Shown: positions 36,181 to 49,159 of the stretch, in pieces
Position numbering within the stretch: position 1 is the first letter of the stretch
How the letters are laid out: every line of letters begins with the position of its first letter
NCBI GenBank assembly: GCA_002269645.1
Contig: NIVC01001166.1
Coordinates: 186,001 to 250,000 of the forward strand
Source: Macrostomum lignano
Taxonomy: Eukaryota
Direction of reading: 5' to 3'
Length of the DNA stretch: 64,000 nt
Translations under genes and position numbers: made by a program
The notes under the pieces: generated by a model
Seen by the model: only the letters and a program-made list of their open reading frames with translations
Told to the model about the DNA's origin: nothing
The model's database searches: none

Positions 36181-37179
36181 CACTCCGGTGAGAAAGGCAG
36201 TTTTACAAGCACCTAGTACTTCGTGTATATATTCTATATATAGGTCGATCTAATTAATTATTGATGCGCGCCGCCCTGCTCGCCCTACTTACAAAGAGGC
36301 GCCTTGCAATTACAAACAATAAAAATTTTACTATTTAGAAAGGATGCAAGCGGAAAATGTAAACCAGCAATAAATTTCTTCTTGAGTTTCAGCTCCATCG
36401 AAAGCTACTGTTCAATGCAGCTTAGCAGGCGAAGTTAAGAAGACCACTTTTTTCTCACTAAATAATTTGCCAGTTTTTCTTTTGTCAAATCCTCTGGTGA
36501 ATTATAAATAGTTAACTAGGTGCTGTAAACTGTAGTCCTGCGAGACAATAGGTTAAACGTAAACAATGAGCACGAGCATTGTCGCAAATGTAGATATACA
36601 TCTTTGACTGTTAGCGCTGAATAAAAATTGTAACAAATAATACCTGCTTATTTTTATATATACGAGTACACTTGCATGTTTACAGTAGCATCACACACTT
36701 GCTTTTCTGCAGATTTCGATTTTAGCGCACTATAAGCCTGTATTTCTTTCTACATATATATAGCCTACACCTGCGATAACCGGATAAGCGTTGCGTTTTT
36801 TGTGATCATATATCAATTGAAACTGGATACAGGGAATTCCCTTAAAAATATACAGCTGTACCAGCAATGGCAACTGACGCGTGGCAATGATTTTGACTGC
36901 GAGCATAAACAGACACCGCTGCATCACTGTTCTTAATAAGAGAGATCAATCGCTACACTGAATTGCAATGGCTTTTTTATTCGTAAAAATACGGTTTAGT
37001 CCCTGATTTTCATATATTTAGGATTTCTCCTGAATTTGCTATCTTTTTTTCCCTCAGTCAGCCGGCGTGGCCATCGGAGGATACGCTGCATTGCTTTTGT
37101 CGACACTAGCTATAAAGCCGTTCTGGAACCTTATAGGGTATTAGTTCTCTGGATGCCAGTTCTGCTAAGCCCTAACAGT

Positions 37180-38520
37180 CTTTGTCTGGGTGCTAGTTCT
37201 TTTGGTAATCACTATCAGTTTTTGTCTGAGCGCCAGTTCTTTTAGTAATCACTATCAGCTTTTGTCTGGGCGCCAGTTCTTTTAGTAATCACTATCAGCT
37301 TTTGTCTGAGCGCCAGTTCTTATGGTAATCACTTATCAGCTTTTGTCTGAGCGCCAGTTCTTATGGTAATCACTATCAGCTTTTGTCTGAGCGCCAGTTC
37401 TTATGGTAATCACTATCAGCTTTTGTCTGAGCGCCAGTTCTTATGGTAATCACTATCAGCTTTTGTCTGAGCGCCAGTTCTTTTGGTAATCACTATCAGC
37501 TTTTGTCTGAGTGCCAGTTTTTTCGGTAATCACAATCAGCTTTTGTCTAAGCGCCAGTTCTTTTGGTAATCACTATCAGCTTTTGTCTGAGTGCCAGTTC
37601 CTATGGTAATCACTATCAGCTTTTGTCTCAGCGTTAGTTCTTATGGTAATCACTATCAGTTTTTGTCTGAGCGCCAGTTCTTATGGTAATCACTATCAGC
37701 TTTTGTCTGAGCGCCAGTTCTTATGGTAATCACTATCAGCTTTTGTCTGAGCGCCAGTTCTTATGGTAATCACTATCAGCTTTTGTCTGAGCGCCAGTTC
37801 TTATAGTAATCACTATCAGCTTTTGTCTGAGCGCCAGTTCTTATGGTAATCACTATCAGCTTTTGTCTGAGCGCCAGTTCTTTTGGTAATCACTATCAGC
37901 TTTTGTCTGAGCGCCAGTTCTTTTGGTAATCACTATCAGCTTTTGTCTGGGCGCCAGTTCTTTCGTCAATAAACATCAGCCTTTGTCTGGGCGCAAGTTC
38001 TTTCGTCAATAAACATCAGTCTTTGTCTGGGCGCAAGTTCTTTCGCTAATAAACATCAGTTTTTGTCTGGGCGTCAGTTCTTTTGATAATCACTATCAGC
38101 CTTTGTCTGGGCGCCAGTTCTTTCGTCAATAAACATCAGCCTTTGTCTGGGCGCAAGTTCTTTCGTCAATAAACATCAGTCTTTGTCTGGGCGCAAGTTC
38201 TTTCGCTAATAAACATCAGTTTTTGTCTGGGCGTCAGTTCTTTTGGTAATCAATATCAGTTTTTTTGTCTGGGCGTCAGTTCTTTTGGTAATCAATATCA
38301 GTTTTTTTTGTCTGGGCGTCAGTTCTTTTGGTAATCAATATCAGTTTTTTGTCTGGGCGTCAGTTCTTTTGGTAATCAATATCAGTTTTTTGTCTGGGCG
38401 TCAGTTCTTTTGGTAATCAATATCAGTTTTTTTGTCTGGGCACCAGTTCAACCGTTAGTCAATATCAGTCTTTGTTTAGGTGCAAGTTATTTTGTCAATC
38501 AAAATCAGTCTTTGTCTGCG
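37180..38520. repeat. 40-bp minisatellite, degenerating at the right end
   Basis: Unit TTTTGTCTGAGCGCCAGTTCTTATGGTAATCACTATCAGC. Confidence 0.96.
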
Positions 38521-39214
38521 TTCCTGCTACTGGTAAATATTAGTCCTCAACAACAATAGACGCAAAGCCCTTTTTAGAGGCCAGAGAATTAAATTCCGAC
38601 ATGTTTAATGCACTTATGTTTTCACCAAAAGCAAAACAAGCCCAAAAACAACAAAGAAATAATCCAAATTAGGATGACCTTCCAAAGCCCCACAGGAGCA
38701 CCACGGAAAGCTAATTGAAAGCATGAAAATTAGCTAAAAGAAAACAGCACAACTCGGTGGCAACAGACGGCCAAATAAGTGAAGAATACTTATCCCTACT
38801 GGATTAGCCAGCCGGCAAGACAGGGAATGTAATAGGCGGCAGGGTAAGAGAAGTGGCGCCTAACGCTGGGTGCATAAATCAGAACTGAATCTGCGGTCCT
38901 ATTTTTCGACTCCCCATCTTTGCCAGCGATCCCCGTCCCATCCGGCCTTGAATAATGACAGCAGTTGGTATCCTGCGCCCAAGCCGAGAGGCATCCCGGG
39001 ATTTTGATCTGATAAAATGAGCCTCAAATTTGCCAGCCACGCATACGAGTAAAGGAGGAAAATACTTATATTTTCGAACTTGATAAAAAAAACAAGCAAC
39101 GCGCTGGAGTAAGAAAAGTTCGATAGTACGAGCTAAATTAATGGCAAAATTTGACTACATATTTTCTGAATAAAATTCATATCAAGAAGTCAACCGAGTT
39201 ATGCTATTCTGCAA

Positions 39215-39610
39215 CTATAGACCTCGGTTGCAGTTTAAAACCGCATTAAATTCTACAACCATAGTTTCCATTTGCACTTCCAAAGTGTGCCATTCTTCAA
39301 CCATAGACCTCTGCTGCACTTCCAAAGTGTGCCATTCTTCAACCATAGATCTCGGTTGCACTTCCAAAGTGTGCCATTCCGCAAACATAGTCTTCGGTTG
39401 CACTTCCAAAGTGTGCCATTCCGCAAACATAGTCTTCGGTTGCACTTCCAAAGTGTGCCATTCCGCAAACATAGTCTTCGGTTGCACTTCCAAAGTGTGC
39501 CATTCCGCAAACATAGTCTTCGGTTGCACTTCTAAAATGTGCCATTCTTCAACCGTAGACCTCGGTTGCAGTTTCAAACCGTATCAAATTATACAACCAT
39601 AGTTTCCATT
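39215..39610. repeat. 42-bp minisatellite
   Basis: Unit GCACTTCCAAAGTGTGCCATTCCGCAAACATAGTCTTCGGTT. Confidence 0.93.
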
Positions 39611-40409
39611 TGCAGATCCGAATTGTTTCAAATGCTACCTTAACATAGTCCATGGTATGGTAGCATAGCCCCTGAGTACCATAATAGTTCCCAGTTGCAG
39701 ATGCAATGGTGAGTCTGCCATAACCAAGAGCGAGTTTGCAACCAACGCTAGCCAAGGTGAGGATTTTGCATGCAGAATTTTTCCAATTCCCATCAAGTGT
39801 AGCAATTGTCTGCACTCTTCATATCTAAAAAATACATATTGCACACTTTACAAGGCCAGAACCTGACTGTAAGCACACCAGGGATCAGGGAGAAAAGTTG
39901 ACACGAAAGAAATCGCGCGCTAGGCTAAATGCGCGACGCGAGATACTGCAAGGTGGGGCAGCAAGTGTGTAGTAACCGACGCAAATGGAAGACAAATGCA
40001 AGTGGAAATGACAGGCGAAATCCCCCTTTTCTTGCTTCTTTCGCGATAATAGCAGCCTGCTAAGAACACTTTTTATAACAGAATGCGCTCCGTTCCATCA
40101 GGAAGAGAAGCACTAAGGAGGCACTATCCTGCAGTGATAATGTCGCGCTGAACACATCCGGATCTCACAACAGACTGTCACAGACTGTCATTCAAAATTG
40201 CTAATATACCCATTCTAGATGGACATTACTATCGCACTGAGATTATCTAAGTTTAAAAAGCCATCGTTTCAAACATAAAAGAGTTGCCATGTAGAACATA
40301 AAAGAGCCACCATGTCAAACATAAAATTTACACAATTTCAAACGTAAAAGTAAGCGAATTTTAAAGGAGCCACTATAATGCTAAGGAAATTGTCGCACTA
40401 GCTACTTAT

Positions 40410-41225
40410 TGTCTGGTGGATGCTTGCTATTTGGGGATGCTATCTATGTAGGGGATGCTTGCTATCTGGGGGATGCTTGCTATCTGGGGGATGCTTGCTA
40501 TCTGGGGGATGCTTGCTATCTAGGGGATGCTTGCTATCTGGGGATGCTTGCTATCTGGGGGATGCTTGCTATCCGGGGGTTGCTTGCAATCTGGAGGATG
40601 CTTGCTATCTGGGGGATGCTTGCTATCTGAGGGATGCTTGCTATCTGGGGGATGCTTGCTATCTGGGGGATGCTTGCTATCTGAGGGATGCTTGCTATCT
40701 GGGGGATGCTTGCTATCTGGGGGATGCTTGCTATCTGGGGGATGCTTGCTATCTGGGGGATGCTTGCTATCTGGGGGATGCTTGCTATCTGGGGGATGGT
40801 TGCTATCTAGGGGATGCTTGCTATCTGGGGGATGGTTGCTATCTAGGGGATGCTTGCTATCTGGGGGATGCTTGCTATCTGGGGGATGCTTGCTATCCGG
40901 GGGTTGCTTGCAATCTGGGGGATGCTTGCTATCTGGGGGATGCTTGCTATCTGGGGGATGCTTGCTATCTGAGGGATGCTTGCTATCTGGGGGATGCTTG
41001 CTATCTGGGGGATGCTTGCTATCTGAGGGATGCTTGCTATCTGGGGGATGCTCTCTATCCGGGGGTTGCTTGCAATCTGGAGGATGCTTGCTATCTGGGG
41101 GATGCTTGCTATCTGGGGGATGCTTGCTATCTTGGGGATGCTTGCTATCTGGGGGATGCTTGCTATCCGGGGGTTGCTTGCAATCTGGAGGATGCTTGCT
41201 ATCTGGGGGATGCTTGCTGTCTTGG
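40410..41225. repeat. 18-bp minisatellite
   Basis: Unit GGGGGATGCTTGCTATCT, about 45 copies. Confidence 0.97.
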
Positions 41226-41399
41226 AATGATTTCTTTTTGCATTGCACTTCCTTTGAGTATTTTGTCTGTTTTCTTTGCGAAGGCTTTTGTTACTTGTAG
41301 AGAACAGAGGTTCTATACAGATGTCCCCCAACGGGGGGCGAAGATTGCTAGTTTAGATACTGAACCTCCCCAGCCATGGGTGCTGCGATTCACAGCCCC

Positions 41400-41576
41400 A
41401 TGATGGCCAACCACCAAGGCACAGAGGCCTGTACATGCCTGACGATTGGAAAGTCACAAGGGGCGCTGTACACCCCGTGTGAGCGTGTGCATGAGTCCGT
41501 GCCTGAGTACAGTATTGGAGCACTTGTGTGTGCTAAGGAGTCAACGGAAAGGGCAGAATTGGCGTCAGCGCTGTGA
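41400..41576. mobile_element. Dispersed repeat, copy 1 (unclassified, about 170 bp)
   Basis: Colinear with 54365-54520: GGCCAACC..CAAGGCACAGAG, TGTACATGCCTGACGATT, GCTGTACACCC, CAGTATTGG, GGGCAGAATTG. Confidence 0.7.
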
Positions 41577-42349
41577 AACAATATTATTCATTAATATTTA
41601 AAATTTGTCCTGACTTTCATCTTAAGAATGGCAAAATTGAAAAAGCAAGCAATATTTTCTTTATAAGCTGCTTGATCCAGCGCGTAGTCCCAGATCCTAA
41701 TCTGTAGGGTTTGAGCAGTTCTTGAATCGCAAAAGACGCGCGCACGGCAAAGGCTAAATAAGCGATTAAGACCCGGATAGCTCACGCCGCACTAATGGAA
41801 CTCCGAAATGCTGCTTGGCCCAGTTCAGTTTAAAGGAACTGGGACTGTTTTTTTATTAATCCCGGATAATAATGTGGCGGCAGGGACTGCGAAGACATGC
41901 AATCGGGAATGGGAAACTATTAGCCCAGAAGAATGCATGCGTATGAGGCTGGCTAGCAGAGGTAATAAAGCGCGGGCCGTCCATCGCCATACAGCACAGC
42001 TAGCTGGTCCCAGGAGATTCCGGCTCAAGCAAGAGCAGAAGCAGAAATATGCTTAAAGCACTACAAAAATGGAAATATCTTGCACAGTTCAGTCTTAGTA
42101 GCAGGCACAGTTTTTAAAACTATGAATTCATACAGCAGCAGTGTTGGTGTGAGGACCACACTGATTTTAGATGACACTAAAACAAAATTAATTGGAGTCG
42201 CCAGAGGTTTAAACTTTATTTGTGTATATATGCCGCACATAAATTTTTTTAAAGTTTATAAACTAATAGCAGTGATACGGGAAGCGCTATCTGTCTTACA
42301 CTCCATATGGCTTTGATTTGGATTGAGGATATTTAGGAGAGGAACCGAA

Positions 42350-42870
42350 AGAGCTGGGAAAAAGATCTGAGAGAGACAGAAGAGAGATCTGAGAGATTTA
42401 AGAGATTTTGAGAGTGATTAGAGTGAGACATGGGAGATCAGAGACCAGAGAGATTAGCTCTGAAAAAGATCTGGAAGACATCAGAGTGAGATCTGGGAGA
42501 GATTGAGATTTGGGAGATGAGTGAGATCAGAGTGAGATCTGGGAGAGATCAGAGTGAGATCTGGGAGGGATCAGAGTGAGATCTGGGAGAGATCAGAGAG
42601 AGAACAGAGAGTCTATAGGGAGACCAGAGAGATTAGAGAGAGATCTGAGAGATTTAGAGGAGATCTGGGAGAGACCCGAGATAAGAGATTGGGGAAAGTT
42701 GCCCATAAAATACACAACAAAAATGCTGCGTAAATATTTAGATTTAGATTTAGAATATTTAGAGAGATTAGAGAGAGATCTGAGAGATTTAGAAGAGATC
42801 TGAGAGAGACCCGAGATAAGGGATTGGGGAAAGTTGCCCATAAAATACACAACAAAAATGCTGCATAAAA
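42350..42870. repeat. GAGATCT-rich degenerate repeat with a tandem duplication of about 100-140 bp
   Basis: The block GAGATTAGAGAGAGATCTGAGAGATTTAG...GTTGCCCATAAAATACACAACAAAAATGCTGC occurs twice. Confidence 0.8.
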
Positions 42871-43037
42871 TATTCAGAACGGATAAGTGGATAACAGCGC
42901 ACAGATAGACGTGAAGAGCTGGGGTGAGCCATGGCGAGAAAGTTCCAAACAGATTCAAGCCGCTCGGAGAATGCGCTGCTGCACTTGTGGTCGCAATAAA
43001 ACTTAATGACCGCCACGACGCAGATAGGCACGGGTCA

Positions 43038-43200
43038 AAACTTACCCCAGGACGAGCTGGCCACTCGCGAAGTCGGTTTTTGAAGGCCGGCCCTGTTGAC
43101 GACACCGAACTGGGTCCTTTGGAATTTAGAAGTCCCGGCGGGCCTAGCCTGGGGGCAATATACGGATATTGCGCATGAACGTGAAACCAAATCGAAATGG
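43038..43200 (+). ncRNA. U1-like snRNA (divergent variant or pseudogene); 3' end uncertain
   Basis: AAACTTACC (43038-43046), an 18-nt spacer, TCGCGAAG, TC, GGTTTT. Canonical U1 reads ATACTTACC, 20 nt, TCACGAAG, GT, GGTTTT. A stem-loop I-like hairpin forms and the 5' CCAGG has downstream complements. The U1A loop ATTGCAC and a canonical Sm site are absent. Confidence 0.5.
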
Positions 43201-43339
43201 GAGATTAAACTGAGATGCGGCGGGATTTGCACTGCACTTCCCTTTTTATTTGTTGATGAACTCTTTTGGAACAGATTATAACAAAATCAGATATTGAATG
43301 GGATTTTTTAATTGATTTGATACGGAGTAAAAGTTAGCC

Positions 43340-43950
43340 AGAAGTCCGCTAGATAACCGGAAACGGGGGTGACAGTCCGCTAGATAACCGGAAACGGGGG
43401 TGACAGTCCGCTAGATAACCGGAAACGGGGGTGACAGTCCGCTAGATAACCGGAAACGGGGGTGACAGTCCGCTAGATAACCGGAAACGGGGGTGACAGC
43501 CCGCTAGATAACCAGAAACGGGGGTGACAGTTCGCTAGATAACCGGAAACGGGGGTGACAGTCCGCTAGATAACCGGAAACGGGGGTGACAGTCCGCTAG
43601 ATAACCGGGGAAACAGGGTGGCAGTCCGCTAGATAACCGGAAACGGGGGTGACAGTCCGCTAGATAACTGGGGAAACAGGGTGACAGTCTGCTACATAAC
43701 CGGGGAAACAGGGGGTGACAGTCCGCTAGATAACCGGGGAAACTGGGTGGCAGTCCGCTAGATAACCGGGGAAACAGGGGGTGACAGTCCGCTAGATAAC
43801 CGGGGAAACGGGGGTTACAGTCCGCTAGATAACCGGGGAAAAAGGGGGTGACAGTCCGCTAGATAACCGGGGAAACAGAGGGTAACAGTCCGCTAGATAA
43901 CCGGGGAAACAGAGGGTAACAGTCCGCTAGATAACCGGGGAAACGGAGAA
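43340..43950. repeat. 29-32-bp minisatellite
   Basis: Unit AGTCCGCTAGATAACCGGAAACGGGGGTGAC. Confidence 0.95.
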
Positions 43951-44278
43951 GTTGTTAACCAGAGAAAGGGAAGCTATAACAGATAAGTAAAAATCTATTT
44001 TTCCTTGTTTGTTCCAAAATGATTCAAGTGATGCTTTTGAAAAGAGAAATCAAACAAAGCATTATATAAAATAGCAGGTATGTTTCAGTGATGATAGCTC
44101 AATTTTACTAAAATACATTAAAGATGTCATACACAACTTTAGGCCGGAACATATGGATAAAAGCATGAGAATTATGGTTACATAGTTATGCAACTAACAG
44201 AAATATTGTGCCAAAAATATTGGGTGACGGGTTAACATAAGAAATGCTCGCAAATGGTTCTGTCCGCATCAGCGTCAG

Positions 44279-45435
44279 TTACTTCCGCATCAGCATATTC
44301 CGGAAGTCGTCATTCGACATCCGCCCACCTCCGCTGCCGCTCTCGCTACCGGAAGCCGAAACACCGGAAGTGTCCGCCGACGTTTTCAGCTGCCTTGGCA
44401 CCAGCGAAATCTGCGTCCTATGCCTGGTCGGATCCGTGCTCGTGTGGTCTTCGCGACGACCGCCGCCGCCTCCGCGACCTCTGCCGCGACCTCCGCCACC
44501 GCGACCGCCGCCGCCCTGCCTAGCCGGCGGGTTGCTAATGCTAACCTCAATCTCGTTGTCCCCAACCTGAGAGCAGTTCAAAGCGGCCAAAGCTTTATTA
44601 GCCGACGATTCGTCGGCGAACTCAGCGTAGCCGTGGCCCTTCGGGGCGCCGTTGCGGAACATGGCCAGGCGGGCGGTCCGGTAGCCGGGCTGGGCCGAGC
44701 ACAGGCGCTCGAACCCGGCCTGGTCCATAGTCTTCGGCAGGTTCCGAATGAACAGCTTGTTCCGCTCTAAGCCCGTGTCGAATTTAAACGCGCTATCGTT
44801 GGCGCTGGTGTCCGAGGAGCCGCCGCCGCGCTGTCGAGACTCGGACACAAACATCGGCCGGCCATTCACCAGCGTTCGATCCAGCCGGAGGGCGGCGCCG
44901 GCCGCTACGCCGGACTTCAACTCCACGTAGGCGAAGCCTTTAGACCGGCCGCGATAGTCGCGCACCAGCCGGACGCTGACAATGTCCGAGGCGCACGGCG
45001 CCAGTGCCTGCCGAATGCCGGCCTCATCCGTTTTGTAGTCCAGGTTGCTGAGAAACACTGTCCGGTAGTCCTTGGCCGGGTCGTGCTCCACTTTCGCGCC
45101 GTGATGGCTGACATTGTTGCTGGAGGCCGCGGCCGGAGGCGGCGGAGGCATCGGCTTCTTGAACGGGTCGGTCTTGGCGGCTGCCCCGTCCGCTGCTGTT
45201 GATTTGGTGAGAAAGATAGGATTTGGGAATTTTTACGATGCCAGATTTGAAGAAGAGATTGTCTTCTCAACGTGACTTTGGTGGAGTAATTAAATTCAGC
45301 TTTTCTTCTTTATTTTTTTAATTTTTAATATTCTTGTTTTTACAGCTGTTAATAAAATACTTCGTTCTTTAAGATTTAACGTGAAATTAAGTGGAGCAGG
45401 TGATAAGGATGGGATTGGGATTAGGTGATCCACAC

Positions 45436-45480
<45 letters not shown>

Positions 45481-48400
45481 AACATTGAAATTCTCTCAAC
45501 ACTCACTATGCTGCTTCTTTCCTGTCTCCAAGCCTTTCGCCCGCTTGTTAGGCGGCGGCTGCGCCTCAGTAGCCCCGCCCTTGCTGCCGGCTTTGCGCTT
45601 GCCGCCACTGCCGCTTCCTCCCTGTTCGGCGGCGCGTTGCTGCAACAAGGCGCGCTGCTTCTGCGCCCGTTTCAACGCTTCAACGTAGCTGGATACGTCG
45701 CCCTCCTCACGCTCGTAATCAACCAGCCGTTGCAGCAGCAGCTCGCAGTCCGGCGCGCTGCTCACCGAGTTGACGGCCCGACTGAGACAGCGACGAATGT
45801 GCTTGGCATCGCCGAATCTCAGCTCGAATTCCAGCTGCCGAAGCCACATCTGGGCGCTGTTGCCGTGCCCGCGCTTCATCACCTGGATTGGGGGGTTGGT
45901 GGACTTATTTTCTAATGATCCCGATTCGTGTCTCATGATCCCAATCCGTGTCTAATGATCCCGATCCCTGTATCATGATCCAGATCCCTGTCTCATGATC
46001 CCGATCCCTGTCTCATGATTCGTGTCTTATGATCCCGATAGTCTCATGATCCCGATCCGTGTTTAATAATCCCGATCCGTGTCTTATGATCCCAATTTGT
46101 GTCTAATGATCTCGATTCATGTCTTATGATTATGCCCCGGTGTCTAATGATCCCAATTTGTGTTTAATGATCCCAATTTGTGTCTAATGATCTCGATTCA
46201 TGTCTTATGATTATGCCCCGGTGTCTAATGATCCCAATTTGTGTTTAATGATCCCAATTTGTGTTTAATGATCCCAATTTGTGTTTAATGATCCCAATTT
46301 GTGTTTAATGATCCCAATTTGTGTTTAATGATCCCAATTTGTGTTTAATGATCCCAATTTGTGTTTAATGATCCCAATTTGTGTTTAATGATCCCAATTT
46401 GTGTTTAATGATCCCATCTGCGTTTTGTCCTATGATTGTCATGATATGATTGTCTTATGATCTCATCTGCGCTTTATAATTCTACTCTGTATCTTAAAAT
46501 CGCTAATTGTGTCCTTTAGTCTTCATTTGTGTCTTATAATCTCATCCAATCAAGTCCTAATGATCCTAATGACCAAGGCATTCCCCGGGTCTCACCTGAT
46601 CCCACAGCTGCCTGGCCTCGCCCAGCTGGCCACGCCGGGCCCGCACCAGAGCCGCATAGCGCAGCAGGCTGGCCTGCGGATCGGCCGCCATCGCGTCAAC
46701 GGCAACCATGCCGGCCTCACACAGCCTGTGCCAGTCATCCCAGCTCTCAGTTGCTGCCGCCCGCCTCCTAGCAGCGTCCAGATAGGCCAGCCACATCGCC
46801 AGCAGGTCGGCAGCGTCAGACAGGCCGGCCGCAACGGCACTCTCGTAGGTGACCTTGACCTCGGTGTCGTAGTCGCAGCCTGTGCACTCCTGGCACAGCG
46901 CCAACTGACGCCACAGGCTGCCGCTCCACGGACAATTGCGCACGGCTCTCCGGCAGAGATGGAGCAGCTTCGGCCCGGGCTCGAACTGCTGCCAAACGTA
47001 GGCCACGTAGGCGTCCCAGAGGCCCGTGTCCAAGCAGTGGGCAGTGACGGCGCGCTCCAGCACGGCCAGCTGTTGGGCGGTTGGGCCCACAGCAGCCTCA
47101 ATGTAGGCCCGGTAGTGCTGAGCTGGGAAATGTATTAAATTTATTTATTGTTCAAAATCTTGAAGTCATTCAAAACTGAGATTTTACTCCAAAAACAATC
47201 TCAACTGAGATTCTACTCCTCAAGAAGTCTCGCCGGTGAGATTTTGCTCCTCAAACAATCTCACCTGAGATCTTACTCCTTAAAACAGTAGTCACCAAGA
47301 AATTTGATTTAATCTATAATAATAATAATAATAATTGATTAAATCTGCACTAATGGGCTGAGGTGCAACCGACAGCTCAGCCGCAGCTATGCGCGGCGCA
47401 TCTGAAGGCTGCGTACGGCTGTTCAGTCCAAGGACTGGGGGGTCGCCACACACCCTCAATTACCCCAGCTAATGCTGGCACCCATTTTACAGCTGGGTGA
47501 ACTGAAGCAATGCAGAGTTAAGTGTCTTGCTCAAGCACACAAATTATTGCGGGTGGGTCGAGAATCGAACCTCCGACCTTTAAGTCGTGAGTCGGACGCT
47601 CTGACCACTAGGCTGCAACCCCTTAGCCAAGTTATAATCTATCTAACCCTGAAATTTCTTTTTTCGAAACTGCACCTTAAAATTTAATCCAAAAAAACTG
47701 AGATTCCAATATCCATAAATCTGACCCTGAGATCTCCTTCCTTGATAAATAAATCTCACCCAGAGATTCCATTTCTAAAAGCCCTATTTCGAAATAACAT
47801 CCAATTATGATCATTTTTACTTCCGCATAATAACAATCTCTAAGCTTCTTCATCTCTGTTCGATTCGACACGTTTTCTAAACTTTCTCCTCCTCGAAACA
47901 AATTTATTAGTTTAATTTCCGACTTTAATAACAGAAACCAATCCCGACAAGCATCCGGCACCGAATCAAAGAGACTAATCTCTGGCTCACCAGACTTATC
48001 CGGCTCATCAGCCAGCAGATTCTCAAACGGTTCAATCCGGCGCAGCTCGTCGCGGCTTTTCTCGTACACCTGCCGCATCTCCTCAGCCGGCTGCTGCTCC
48101 TTCTCGGCCAGCCAATCGCACAGCTCGCGCCAGGTGGCCTCCAGGCCGACGTGCGGCATGGCCAGGTGGCGCCTGAACAGCCCCAGCACCCGGCTGCGCT
48201 GCTTCTCAAGCTCAGCCGCGTTGGCCTCAGCGGCAGCGGCCGACGCCGAGCTCACAGCCGCGGCGGCCTCGCATTTGGCCAGCTCGAGCAATTCAAATTC
48301 GCGCCAGGCCTCCCAGACTCGCTGATCTGTCCGGCCGGCGAATCGGCCAACCAGGGCTACGCAGTGCTCAAACACCCGCCTGACTTTCTCGGCCGCGGCG

Positions 48401-48927
48401 GCTGACCCGCTGGCGTCCTCGACATTGGAAGCGGCGGCCTGGCCGATGGCGAATACGCAGTACTCGACGGCTACGTCAACGCTGGCATAGTCGTCAAGCG
48501 CCCGACGGAACAGCGCGTCGATGTCGGCGGCGGCCTCTTTACTAGCCGGGGCGCCACCGCTAATGAGTTTCCGCTCGTCGCCGATCCAGTCAAGCCAGAG
48601 GCCGGGGCTGAGCGGGTAGAAGCTGTGCATTCGCTCCCTGGCGGCCCTGGTCGCCTCCAGTTCGCCGCTTCTGCGCAGCAGCTCAATCAGCCTGACGTGC
48701 GAGTTGTAGTGGTAGGGGTTCGATTCGAGATTGCGGCGAAGCGAGACGATCTCGCCTTCCAGAGCGGCTTCGGCTTCGGCCTCGGCTTGCTCGTCGTCGC
48801 TGCTGTCCTCGCCGCTGGTTCCAGACTCCCGATCGGCTTCATCGTCCTCCATGGACTCTGCATCGCCGCCAGAGTCGCCCTCTTCCTCTTCAATTGGCAG
48901 ATCCTCTTCAGTGTCCGCTTGGGCCAT
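44279..48927 (-). CDS. SART3: SART3/p110/Prp24 U4/U6 recycling factor. Exons 48927-47991, 47122-46596, 45882-45507, 45195-44279
   Basis: HAT/TPR region (NPYHYNSHVRLIELLRRSGELE, YPLSPGLWLDWIGDE, RAVRNCPWSGSLW), two RRMs (TVFLSNL/RSKGFAYVE and KLFIRNL/APKGHGYAEF) and C-terminal LSm-binding motif MSNDDFRNML. Junctions are phase-compatible. Confidence 0.95.
45910..46420. repeat. 20-bp minisatellite in SART3 intron 2
   Basis: Unit ATGATCCCAATTTGTGTTTA. Confidence 0.93.
47318..47634 (-). mobile_element. tRNA-derived CORE-SINE (MIR-like core) in SART3 intron 1
   Basis: Minus strand: A-box-like GCAGCCTAGTGG, B-box GGTTCGATTC, and (TTA)n tail. The plus-strand core CCCATTTTACAGCTGGGTGAACTGAAG...GTTAAGTGTCTTGCTCAAG resembles the MIR core. 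Candidate 8-bp target-site duplication TAATCTAT at 47310-47317 and 47635-47642. Confidence 0.8.
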
Positions 48928-49159
48928 AGCTGTTTAGGGCAGGAATTATCAGACAAAACAAAGGAAAATCTCAGCAATCTATTAGAGCAGAAATATTAAG
49001 TAGGGATCAAAGTCCCACTCGCTAAGCTCTTTACAAGGTGAGTTTCCTGCGGACACCGGAGTTCGAATCCCAAAGTCAAGCGAATGATGTTCCCGAGTTC
49101 GAGTCATTGAGTCCAATCGAGCCGTTCACATTTGTGTTTGAGTTAAAAATCTACACAGT

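Noticed and set aside
41818-41842. 8-bp hairpin CCCAGTTC/GAACTGGG
   Set aside because: An isolated hairpin of this size is expected by chance in 64 kb.
41885-41902. ACTGCGAAGAC, resembling my recollection of part of the Macrostomum spliced leader; also ATTGCATG at the PUS7 start (55421-55414)
   Set aside because: Short matches to a sequence recalled from memory, with no SL donor, Sm site or SL-RNA fold; compatible with chance.
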